From: Planctomycetia bacterium
Lineage (GTDB): Bacteria > Planctomycetota > UBA8108 > SXIK01
Direction: 5' to 3'
Length of the DNA stretch: 64,000 nucleotides
Assembly (NCBI GenBank): GCA_005772855.1
Contig: SXIK01000008.1
Location: 11,344 to 75,343 of the forward strand
Shown: piece by piece, positions 53,301 to 61,043 of the stretch
How positions within the stretch are numbered: position 1 is the first letter of the stretch
Layout of the letters: each line of letters opens with the position of its first letter
Translations under genes and position numbers: made by a program
The notes under the pieces: model-generated
What the model saw: only the letters and a program-made list of their open reading frames with translations
Told to the model about the DNA's origin: nothing
Databases searched by the model: none

Positions 53301-55990
53301 GAGTACGTCGTCTGTGGGTTCTCGCTCAGAAGCGCCTCATGGAGGGTCTCGGCGGCCCCCGTTGCGTCGCCAAGCTGATCGAGCTTTGCCGCCAACTCGA
53401 TCGCGGCCGTGACTCTCCGGCTGGGCGTACGTTCGAGTCGCACCCGGTAGCGAAGGAGATCGGCGACTTGCTTCTCATCGTTCCAGAGGCGAGATACCTC
53501 CTGCGCTAGCTCCGCGACATCAAGGTGCAAGTGGTCCAGCGGAGAATTGGGTTGCGGGCTTGGTGGGGCACTGTCCACCCATGTCTTGAGGGCCTCAAGG
53601 CCCCCTGGGACGTCCCCAACGCGCAACTCGAGCTTCGCGCGTTCGAGGAGCGCCTCGGTGCGGTCGGCTGGGAGGCCAGCGACCCTCTTTCGATAGAGGT
53701 CCATGCCGTTATATAAGTAGTTGCCCGACGCGTTCGAGACAGCCAGAATTCGGGTGGCACCGCCCACGAGGAGCAAGTTGCCGCCGCCACGAGCCAGCTC
53801 CCACGAAGTCCGCCACAGCGTATGGCCGTCCTCGGGCGAGAGCGCCAAGAGGGCTTCACGAGTCGGGAAAAGGAGCTGCCCATTTTCGAGGAACGGACGG
53901 CCCGAGGCCTGGAGAGGGCGCGAGCTCTGCGAGGCAGTGGCGAGTGAGTCGACCCTCCAGAGTGTCTGGCCGCGCTGGGGCCCCGAGTGAGCCACCGCGG
54001 AGGCGCCGCTTCCCGTGAGGAAACATGCCCGGGCGTCGGCTCCGATGAGCGCGGTCCGTGCGTCTCGAGGTGCCGTCCAGAGGGTCTCGCCCGAATGCGG
54101 ATCCAGGGCAAAGAGGAGCGCAGAATCCTGTGGCGCGACGATGAGCTGACCTTCGACGAGGAGGAGCGGATTGGGATGCCAGCGGTTCTCCACGCGGACC
54201 GACTCGCGGCGACCGCGGGCGCTCAGGGTCGCCGTCGAGCGGACCCATCGGATCGCTCCATCGGCTCTGTCGACCTTCGCGAGGCATCCGATGTTGGTGA
54301 GATGGAAGATGGCGTCATCCGTGACGATGGGCAGCGATGCCGCGCCTCCGAGGCCAAGATAGTTCCCTCCCTGAGACGAGCCCAAGAAAATCTGCCACTC
54401 AAGTTCACCATCGGACCGCAAGCTCAAGAGGTGCTGAAGAGATTCCTGGCCGATTCTCACACTGACACTCACCACGATCGATTCGCCACACTCGGCGGCA
54501 GGCGAGAGCGAGTAGAGAGTGCGTGGCCGCGAACCAGGCAACCCCTTCTTTGCTACGAGCTTCCCGGACGGAGCTCTTTTCTTTTTCTTTTCAGGCTTGT
54601 GGTCCTCGTCGGGGGGGGCCAGGTCTGGACCTTCTGGCGCCTCGGTTTTCTCCCCTGACTCGGCATCGGGTTTTTCGTCCGGATTCTTGTCAGTGGGCGT
54701 AGATTCCTCGTTCTCCGTTTCCAGAGGGTCCTCCAAGGAAAAAGCGGGCGCTGGCCCATCGATGATTCGCATCGTCCTGGTGGATCGGTCGTAGACGCAG
54801 GTTTTTTGCCAGAGGCTTCTGCCGTCCGCCGAATCGAGCGCTGCGAGCGTACGGCCTCTGGTATGGAAAACCCTGGAGGCCGTAAGCAATGGCATCCGCA
54901 CGCTCGAGAGATCCTCGTCCTCTCCCGAGATGTCCACTGACCAGAGCTCACGTGACGTTTCAGCGTCGTAGGCCTGGAGCCGATCTGCGTGCTCAAGCAG
55001 GATCACCCCGCCGCGGGACGAGGGGAAATAGGGCGTTGGCGGCTCACGTTCGCTCGAGCCTCGCGACCTCTCCTCAACGAACGCCCGGATCTGCGCACCA
55101 GGCACCCGGTGTTCCCAGACGATTTCGCCAAGTCGGTAGGGCGGCGCGTCGGCGCTCGCGCCCGCAGGCGCTCGAGCCTCGAAGGACCCTTCAGCCCGGG
55201 GAGCGATCCCTTCGCGTCGAGATGCCGGCATGTCCAGCACGGCTGCTGCGATGAGGCCATCGAGGAGACGAAGCAGCTCCGGCGGCAGGCTCTCCGGTTT
55301 TACAGTCCTTCGCAGCTGATCGATCGCACGGATTTCGTCGCGAGCCCGAATCGACTCCCCTGTCGAAGCCAGGGCCTGCGCCCGGATCACGCGCGCGCGC
55401 AGCGCGTCCTCGGCCCCTGGGGCAAGGTCCAGTAGCGCCGCGCTCGAGCGCAGAACAGCCTGCCAGTCGCCGACCTCAAAGGATTGGTCGACCTCTTCCT
55501 TGAGTCCTTCCAAATAAACCTCGCTGAAGGGTAGGTCACGCAGGAATACGCTGCGCAGCCGTCGATGCGCTTCGGGCTCATCCCGCAGCCGGGACTGTCT
55601 CCAGAGGTCCGAGAGAAGGGGGTTCACTCGTGTCTTGAACCGGGCGAGCTCTTCCGGAGGCAGGTTCATGACAAATTCGCGAAAAACTTCGCGAATTCCC
55701 CGAGATAGCTCGCCACCGATCTCGAGTACCGAGCTCATTTGCGGGTCGACGATCAGGGTAGTGAATCGTGTTAGCCCTTCGAGCAGCGCCCTGGAGTCTC
55801 CACGCTCGCGGGCTTTCTCGATTTGGCGCCACAAGAGATTGTGCTCAGTATGGGTGGGGAAGAAGACTCCACCCGGGGACTTGTCGCTGGCGCATTCGCA
55901 CTGCCTTGGATTGTGAAGCAGCCAAACAAAGGCCAGGGAAAGCCCCAATCCTGGCAAACTCCGCATCCGCAGGTTCAAGGTCCTCAACAT
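50321..55990 (-). CDS. ~1,890-aa exported protein: TPR/BamD-like helices, multiple PQQ-like propellers, C-terminal CBM9/DOMON-like domain
   Basis: Hydrophobic N-terminal segment; many GxxxW blades (GRSLWQ, GELEWQ, GAIRWV, GETLWT, GHTLWR, GTVRWH, GELVWE, GRELWS); YRDLLRLFPFTPSAAEAYLDLA; C-terminal PPAIDGDLSDPW..WDEKFFYFALDVSDD..YEVGLPW. Start at ATG 55990 (alternatives 55966, 56119). Confidence 0.82.
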   Translation of the reverse strand: MLRTLNLRMRSLPGLGLSLAFVWLLHNPRQCECASDKSPGGVFFPTHTEHNLLWRQIEKARERGDSRALLEGLTRFTTLIVDPQMSSVLEIGGELSRGIREVFREFVMNLPPEELARFKTRVNPLLSDLWRQSRLRDEPEAHRRLRSVFLRDLPFSEVYLEGLKEEVDQSFEVGDWQAVLRSSAALLDLAPGAEDALRARVIRAQALASTGESIRARDEIRAIDQLRRTVKPESLPPELLRLLDGLIAAAVLDMPASRREGIAPRAEGSFEARAPAGASADAPPYRLGEIVWEHRVPGAQIRAFVEERSRGSSEREPPTPYFPSSRGGVILLEHADRLQAYDAETSRELWSVDISGEDEDLSSVRMPLLTASRVFHTRGRTLAALDSADGRSLWQKTCVYDRSTRTMRIIDGPAPAFSLEDPLETENEESTPTDKNPDEKPDAESGEKTEAPEGPDLAPPDEDHKPEKKKKRAPSGKLVAKKGLPGSRPRTLYSLSPAAECGESIVVSVSVRIGQESLQHLLSLRSDGELEWQIFLGSSQGGNYLGLGGAASLPIVTDDAIFHLTNIGCLAKVDRADGAIRWVRSTATLSARGRRESVRVENRWHPNPLLLVEGQLIVAPQDSALLFALDPHSGETLWTAPRDARTALIGADARACFLTGSGASAVAHSGPQRGQTLWRVDSLATASQSSRPLQASGRPFLENGQLLFPTREALLALSPEDGHTLWRTSWELARGGGNLLLVGGATRILAVSNASGNYLYNGMDLYRKRVAGLPADRTEALLERAKLELRVGDVPGGLEALKTWVDSAPPSPQPNSPLDHLHLDVAELAQEVSRLWNDEKQVADLLRYRVRLERTPSRRVTAAIELAAKLDQLGDATGAAETLHEALLSENPQTTYSPDGVLAVESVDYIRDKILELRKSSGETSNVFQKVDAIASEALRRARSKIKTPGAYRDLLRLFPFTPSAAEAYLDLARLYRDAQGYEQAINALDGYLRDFPEGQDLVKVKLLAANLLRQSGQAKAARDRYLDLLEHHGASPVEGVEGARPGEAVEAYIRPLLGDSSLAEAAMEQVRPLRFPIRMSWRSPADLQAIKRSFLAPRGTPPERSKNCFLTQSEDVIEMREVESGLPVWKINLEMIPGFRFNDPGLGRGFHLPRVGRLAFSGRYMPSVTSSAKEETLLVLNDEQNLFAVEPVRGTVRWHLPIGGNEEPGDPSEPLRVRLREKLRGVQITAQGIFATTRSRVLRLSLQGELVWEARVGKGYNVAVEQPIVLGDRLYVITQPFGLRIHAAASGEEIEDEELSRALASLKDGVYRVALSLEGGRVGLTNGGTIKLLDLVEKRVRWEYKRTGTIEDAFHFAEAPDECLLSMQSKANRWPILVMIDLASGRELWSFEKFKPEASSVAITRDRNKFYVVYGQGTWKLVALQVREGVAGEKQLVEPLWPAEAQLGGGFGAIPDRIQAGGDSIFFLDAPNSIATFDKSTGAPRSAQASMVGTFLAEKKDCSFAVLQGKLVILTDGGDCAFESADSTKLARKIPFTPQQPPQDGADGGLLSTQSSPITLEALPGSGSSFGTRALKLFLSNPGAVENTTRLALEYFRGNDLPSAMNILNRALLSEEILNERGAEKRFLLSYMLDGLKEEWMKESVPTLSARHFSTPPAIDGDLSDPWDVSTRVTLSGPKYVGTIPVPEQLRDWEGDEDLSAILYTGWDEKFFYFALDVSDDNIYPYDRDAENWKGDCLIIGLDPTNDGGYWQHGNDQLMTLALTVPKRNKLDKPKKDDDSPDGDDEEEDEDEERKPAGLFSVKKKDDNSGAIYEVGLPWASFQSTFERTPPPGGYTFGLSLLLTDDDRGQGATKTLSINPCHLLPRNQKNSPVWRFIIPNFFPKVTLE

Positions 55991-55997
55991 AGGCCGG

Positions 55998-56003
55998 ATT
56001 GTA
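55998..56003 (-). promoter_or_regulatory. -10 box (TACAAT) 7 nt before ATG 55990; probable leaderless promoter of the MCE operon
   Basis: The minus strand reads TACAAT-CCGGCCT-ATG, with no SD. Confidence 0.5.
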
Positions 56004-56166
56004 GGAGGCGTGGGATGGGCCGTCAAGGAAGCCGACCTCCCGCCGCCCTCGAGGCTGAATGGCCGGGCAGCAAGGGCAGGCGGTCCGAGTTTCTGATCTT
56101 GGGCAAGCCCGCTGAGCAAGTCCGTGCACCAGCGCTGCCAGCACCACTGGTTTCAGCCAGGCTTTG

Positions 56167-56194
56167 TTGACACACCGGATCGCTCCGTTACCAT
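56167..56194 (+). promoter_or_regulatory. sigma70-type promoter upstream of lptD
   Basis: TTGACA (56167-56172), 16-nt spacer, TACCAT (56189-56194). Confidence 0.65.
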
Positions 56195-56287
56195 CCGCCG
56201 CGTGTTACCTCGTGGTGGAGCTTTCTTTGCGCTGGTGGTAATGGTTGCGATCGTACCCGGACACCGGTCGCGGGAGATCAGGGCATC

Positions 56288-58882
56288 GTGAGGATTATTG
56301 TCCAGTGCCTCGTCCTGCTTTGTTGCCTCGCTGGCGTGGCTCGTGGACAGGAACCCGGGAAAGACTTGCCCAAGCCTGCTGCTCCGCCTCGGTTGCGATT
56401 CGACCCGTCAAGCTATCCCGATTCGGTCTCGAACAACTTCACGTTCACCGAGCGAGAAATGGCTGGCTACTTCTCTGGCAGTGTCGTCTGGACCTACGAG
56501 ATTCAGGGAACCCAGGCCCATCTGTATGCTGACCGGGTCATGATCCTTGCGAAGTCGCCGAGGAAGGAACATGGCTCGGGGGGGGAGCCGCGGGAGAACG
56601 ACGCGAAGGGGCTGGATCTTCGCGAGTGGACCGACTGGACACTTTACGCCGAGAATGCTCGACTGGAGCTGCCTGCAAGGCACACCTCGATCGAGGCTGA
56701 ATCGCTCCTTTACGACCGCTCAACGGGCCGTGCTGTCGCGCGAGGCGTTCGCTTGCACACCATCGTTGGCTTTGCCAAGGCCGTGCCAACCATCGCGACC
56801 GCGAAAAACTGGTGGAGAGGCCTCGAGGCGCTCGATCATGCGGCGGAAGATGACGAGGGCGTGGCCCGAACTCCCCTGAGCATTCATGCCAGGGTGCTTC
56901 GCATGACGGACTTCGAGGAATTCGACGGCGAAGATATCGAGTTTTCCACCTGCGAGTTTGGCGTGCCCCACATGGCCTTCCACTCTGAACGGGTCACGGT
57001 CACACCCACCGAGAATGAGGAGTCGCGGAAGACATCCGGGGCTCCTGTTGGGGTGAACCCACGGGGGGCACCAACGCCAGATTCCAGCCAGCCTGCTCTG
57101 GCGCAACGCGACTTCCTCATTGATCCGGAACATACCTGGCTCGAGCTCGAGGGCCATTCCATCTTGCCTATGCCCCTTGCCTACTGGAACACACGCTGGG
57201 ATGCGCAACTTCCGATCCGGCACTTCGACTTTGGCCACTCGGGCCAATTCGGGTATTTCGGGGAAGTCAACTGGAACGTGAATTACTTCCTGAATCTCTT
57301 GCCCACGACCCGGTTCCTTCCGGTCAAGATCGAGGACTCGAAGTTGGGTCTCGAGACTGACTACTTCCAGAAGCGAGGAGTTGGGATTGGCCCCAACGCC
57401 GAGTACGGCCGCAATCCCGAGCGCTGGGATCCCTGGCAACTCCAGCTACACCAGTGGCAATACTACGGCGAGGCCGAATATTACTTCATCAACGACAGGG
57501 GCAAGAAAGATCGCTCGACTCGCCAGGACGTTCCCCGTGAGAATCGGTACTGGGGCCACGCGTGGCATCGCCAGTCGGTGCCGTATCTGGGCCTGTTCGA
57601 CCTGGAGTACTCCAAGATCTCCGACAGCGCCTTCCTGAGCGAATACTTCGAGCGTATTTCCAAGGAGGAAAAAGAGCAGGAGACGCTAATCTACTGGCGG
57701 CGCAATATTCGTGACAACCTCGCCTTGACGGGACTTTACTCGCAACGCATCAATGACTTTCAGACTCAGGTTGAGCGGGCTCCGGAAGGGAAGATACTGC
57801 TCATGGAGCAGCCGATCTTCGAGACGGGCCTTTACACGGATTTGAATCTCCAGGCGGCCTACCTCCACCGGCTCGAGAACGACGCCTTGGGGGCAGCCCC
57901 CCGGGGCTTCTCGCGAGCCGATATCTTCAACGAATGGGCCTACCCGGTACACTGGACGCCGTATCTTGAGGCACGGCCCTTTGCGCTTCTGAGATACACG
58001 GACTACCGCGAGGTCCTGGACGCCTCCGAGAGCTCCGAGGATCGCGCGTCCTTCGGGGCGGGAGTTGCCGTGAGCCAGCACTGGTCGAGGATTTACCAAT
58101 TCACGCCAGATTCCTTCGCCGCCTGGTTGCTAGGCGTCCCTCGCTTGAAGCATGTCATCTCCCCGAAAGTGACCTATTTGAACCTGTTCGCGAACGACCT
58201 CGATCCCGAGGATACGATTCCCGTCGATGCCGTCGATACGGTCGACCTTGAGGAGTCAATTGCCTTCTCGCTCCGCAACGAAATCTTCGGCAGGAGTTTG
58301 CTCGCCAAGAAGCGGCCGCCCAGGGTGCGCCCCTACCTCCAGGATCGGGAGGGCGAGCTCGAGACGCTGCCCCATGAGTCCCGCCGACTGCTCGACAGCG
58401 AGGTGAGCTTTGCCCTGTTTCCCCGGGCCCAGCGTGACAATGGAGGCGACCGAAGCTCGCTTCTGATCCTTGACAACACCGCTTCCTTGATCACCCACGT
58501 GGAAGCGAGGGCCTGGTTCGAGCTGGATCCGAACCGAGACTTTCGGGGGGAGCGAGTCGATGCCTCCCTCACATACGACATCGTGCCGAAAACGCTCTCG
58601 GTGACCGTTGGTGACCGTTTTACACGCAAGCGCTCGAACGTGGGCTACACGTTCCTGAACTGGGCGGTGAGCGACAAATGGGTGGTGGATGCCTACTATT
58701 CCCGCGATTTTGAGGCGAGGAGGGATGTTGAGTACAACTTCTCACTGAGCAGGATCTTTCACCGGATGGCCCTGAACCTTGAGTATTCCCAGGATGTCGG
58801 GGAAGATCGCAATACCACCGTGTACGTGAACATCATGCCCGTGGAGATGCTGCGCGTCAGCCGGCACGGGCACAGACGCTGA
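56288..58882 (+). CDS. lptD: LPS-assembly outer-membrane beta-barrel, LptD/OstA-like
   Basis: Signal peptide; N-terminal jellyroll-like AESLLYDRSTG and FSTCEFGVPH; GHSGQFG; YSKISDSAFLSEYF; amphipathic C-terminal strands ending TTVYVNIMP. Confidence 0.72.
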   Translation: MRIIVQCLVLLCCLAGVARGQEPGKDLPKPAAPPRLRFDPSSYPDSVSNNFTFTEREMAGYFSGSVVWTYEIQGTQAHLYADRVMILAKSPRKEHGSGGEPRENDAKGLDLREWTDWTLYAENARLELPARHTSIEAESLLYDRSTGRAVARGVRLHTIVGFAKAVPTIATAKNWWRGLEALDHAAEDDEGVARTPLSIHARVLRMTDFEEFDGEDIEFSTCEFGVPHMAFHSERVTVTPTENEESRKTSGAPVGVNPRGAPTPDSSQPALAQRDFLIDPEHTWLELEGHSILPMPLAYWNTRWDAQLPIRHFDFGHSGQFGYFGEVNWNVNYFLNLLPTTRFLPVKIEDSKLGLETDYFQKRGVGIGPNAEYGRNPERWDPWQLQLHQWQYYGEAEYYFINDRGKKDRSTRQDVPRENRYWGHAWHRQSVPYLGLFDLEYSKISDSAFLSEYFERISKEEKEQETLIYWRRNIRDNLALTGLYSQRINDFQTQVERAPEGKILLMEQPIFETGLYTDLNLQAAYLHRLENDALGAAPRGFSRADIFNEWAYPVHWTPYLEARPFALLRYTDYREVLDASESSEDRASFGAGVAVSQHWSRIYQFTPDSFAAWLLGVPRLKHVISPKVTYLNLFANDLDPEDTIPVDAVDTVDLEESIAFSLRNEIFGRSLLAKKRPPRVRPYLQDREGELETLPHESRRLLDSEVSFALFPRAQRDNGGDRSSLLILDNTASLITHVEARAWFELDPNRDFRGERVDASLTYDIVPKTLSVTVGDRFTRKRSNVGYTFLNWAVSDKWVVDAYYSRDFEARRDVEYNFSLSRIFHRMALNLEYSQDVGEDRNTTVYVNIMPVEMLRVSRHGHRR

Positions 58883-58895
58883 TGCCCCCCAAGCC

Positions 58896-59393
58896 ATGTC
58901 CAAGGTCCAATCTCCCAGAATCGCCCTTTACCCTGGCAGCTTTGACCCCGTCACCCTGGGTCACCTGGACGTCATTGGTCGCGCTGCTCGATTGTTCGAT
59001 CGAATTGTTGTCGGGGTGATCGACAACCCGTCAAAATCCGCGCTCTTCACGGCGGAGGAGCGCAGGGCAATGATCTGCGGTGAGCTCGAGGGCCTGGGCG
59101 GCGTCACTGTCAAGACGTTCACGGGACTTGCTGTCGATGCGGCGGCGCAGGTGGGGGCCCAGTGGATCGTGCGTGGGCTTCGGTCGGCTGCCGACGCCCT
59201 GTATGAGCTGCCGATGGCTCACTCGAACCACCATTGCGGCAAGGTGGAGATCGAGACGATCTTTGTGGCAGCCAGTCCGGAAGTTTCCTTTATCTCCTCG
59301 AGCCTCGTGCGCGAGATTGCTGCACGAGGGGGCCGGCTTGGTGCTTTCGTGACGTCGGCGGTTGAGGACAAGCTGCGTAAGAAGTTGACCTGA
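58896..59393 (+). CDS. coaD: Phosphopantetheine adenylyltransferase
   Basis: YPGSFDPVTLGHLDVI, IVRGLRS, FISSSLVREIA. Confidence 0.97.
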   Translation: MSKVQSPRIALYPGSFDPVTLGHLDVIGRAARLFDRIVVGVIDNPSKSALFTAEERRAMICGELEGLGGVTVKTFTGLAVDAAAQVGAQWIVRGLRSAADALYELPMAHSNHHCGKVEIETIFVAASPEVSFISSSLVREIAARGGRLGAFVTSAVEDKLRKKLT

Positions 59394-59400
59394 GCGAGCA

Positions 59401-59459
59401 CTTGAGGTGGTCCTCCTCTGCCCATTCGGAATGTCTCACGTGTGGGCGCGCGAGGTATA
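59401..59459 (+). repeat. 59-bp direct repeat, copy 1; includes the -10 region of udg
   Basis: CTTGAGGTGGTCCTCCTCTGCCCATTCGGAATGTCTCACGTGTGGGCGCGCGAGGTATA; 56/59 identical to 60461-60519. Confidence 0.92.
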
Positions 59460-59466
59460 ATCCCGC

Positions 59467-60264
59467 TTGGTGGAGACTCCCGACCTTGGCCAGATCGCGA
59501 AGCAGGCCCGCGAACGTATCGAGATCCTCAAGCTCTTTGGCTGGGGCGTGCCCCTCTCTCGCTCCGCCCTGAGCTCCCGGTCCCTGCCTCCGATCGCCTC
59601 CGGAGCGGCTGCTTCGCCACGGCGCACATCTGAGGGGTCCCCGGCAGCCGAGCCGAGCCTCACGGGTTTGCCGGAGCGGCTGGGAAGGGAGGCATTGCTC
59701 TCGCCGATACGGGAGGCGGTCGCGGCATGCGACCAATGCGTGCTTTGCCGCTCGAGGACCCAGGCCGTCTTTGGTGTTGGAGACCCGACGACGCGCCTGA
59801 TGCTGGTGGGGGAGGCGCCCGGCTCCGAGGAGGATCGCCAGGGTGAGCCTTTCGTTGGGGCTGCTGGGCAGCTTTTGAACGACATCATCCGCGCCATGGG
59901 CCTCCAGCGGCCGGAAGTCTACATTGCCAACGTGATCAAGTGCCGGCCTCCCATGAACCGCGCGCCCGAGCCCGGCGAGATCGCCTCCTGCAGGGTCTAC
60001 CTTGAGCGGCAGATTGAGATCGTGAGGCCCGAAGTGATCCTCGCCCTCGGCGCCGTGAGTGCCAGGGCCCTCCTCGGGACGGAGGAGTCGATTGGGCGCC
60101 TCAGAACGCGCTTCCACGAGTACAAGGGCATCCCGGTCATGCCGACTTACCACCCGGCTTACCTCCTGCGAAACCCCGGCGAGAAGCGCAAGGTTTGGCA
60201 GGACGTACAGCTCGTCATGGCGAGGCTGGGGCTCAAGAGGCCGGCGGAGTCGCCACCTCCGTAA
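59467..60264 (+). CDS. Family 4 uracil-DNA glycosylase (4Fe-4S)
   Basis: CDQCVLC, VGEAPGSEEDRQGEPFVGAAG, NVIKCRPPMNR, IASC, LALGAVS, PTYHPAYLLRNP. Confidence 0.95.
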   Translation: MVETPDLGQIAKQARERIEILKLFGWGVPLSRSALSSRSLPPIASGAAASPRRTSEGSPAAEPSLTGLPERLGREALLSPIREAVAACDQCVLCRSRTQAVFGVGDPTTRLMLVGEAPGSEEDRQGEPFVGAAGQLLNDIIRAMGLQRPEVYIANVIKCRPPMNRAPEPGEIASCRVYLERQIEIVRPEVILALGAVSARALLGTEESIGRLRTRFHEYKGIPVMPTYHPAYLLRNPGEKRKVWQDVQLVMARLGLKRPAESPPP

Positions 60265-60460
60265 TTTATTCCGCAAGCGGGCAGTGATGAGACCTTTCGC
60301 AGGCTGCAAGAGTTTGCGGCTGCTCGCGCCAGAAGCGCCCGACGCCCATCAGGTGCCGGGGAGGGAGAGACCGCGTGTCGTTGTTGCCTCCACCCTCGCT
60401 CCGCTCGGAGGCGAGCCGACGTGGGGGAGGGTCCGCCCACCAGCAGAAACGAGTAGCAGA

Positions 60461-60519
60461 CTTGAGCTGGTCCCCCTCTGCCCATTCGCAATGTCTCACG
60501 TGTGGGCGCGCGAGGTATA
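60461..60519 (+). repeat. 59-bp direct repeat, copy 2
   Basis: CTTGAGCTGGTCCCCCTCTGCCCATTCGCAATGTCTCACGTGTGGGCGCGCGAGGTATA, 1060 bp downstream of copy 1. Confidence 0.92.
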
Positions 60520-61013
60520 CCACCGTGGTCCAGGGATATCAGGTGGGGAATTGTTCGACCGGCTCTCCGATGGCCCCCTCGGGGCCCCCGCTTGCCAGTG
60601 GCCTTGACTTTCGCTTTGCGTCGCCCGTACACTCTGATCGTCGCTCAAGACTTGACGAGCGGAATCGCTCGCGACAAGCCAGGCGGCACCCATCGAAAGC
60701 GAGCACAAGGAGAAATGGGGACTCTTTTCGGTGGAAGTTGCTGGTTTCCCGAAAAAGGAAGGCGCCTTGAGGGCCTTGGCTCCAAGTGGAGTGTTTCCTC
60801 CAGGGGTCCACCTCCAAGGTGTGTTTTCACTGGATTGGTCTGACTTTTTCCGTTGCTTCCCGGCGAAGGAATTGTTCACTCTTCGCTCGCACACTCGACT
60901 TGAAATCGTAAGTTCTTGAAGCTTCAGCGCGCTGCTTACCTGCAGTCTTGTGCTGACCCAAGGCCATCGGATGGGTATTGCCAGGTGTTGTCGGCCAAAC
61001 ACTATTGTTGAGA

Positions 61014-61043
61014 TTGACACTTTATCGGAGGTTATGCTACGAT
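61014..61043 (+). promoter_or_regulatory. sigma70-type promoter, probably for the second pilus operon
   Basis: TTGACA (61014-61019), 18-nt spacer, TGc-TACGAT (61035-61043). Confidence 0.6.

Noticed and set aside
59401-60519. Direct repeats as a CRISPR array or IS ends
   Set aside because: There are only two copies, 59 bp long, with a 1-kb gene between them; they are not inverted, and no cas or transposase gene is present.
60541-60597. Stem ending in GCCA with an internal GTTCGA, tRNA-like
   Set aside because: It is only 57 nt, GTTCGA is at the wrong position, and there are no D or anticodon arms; it is not tmRNA-like either.
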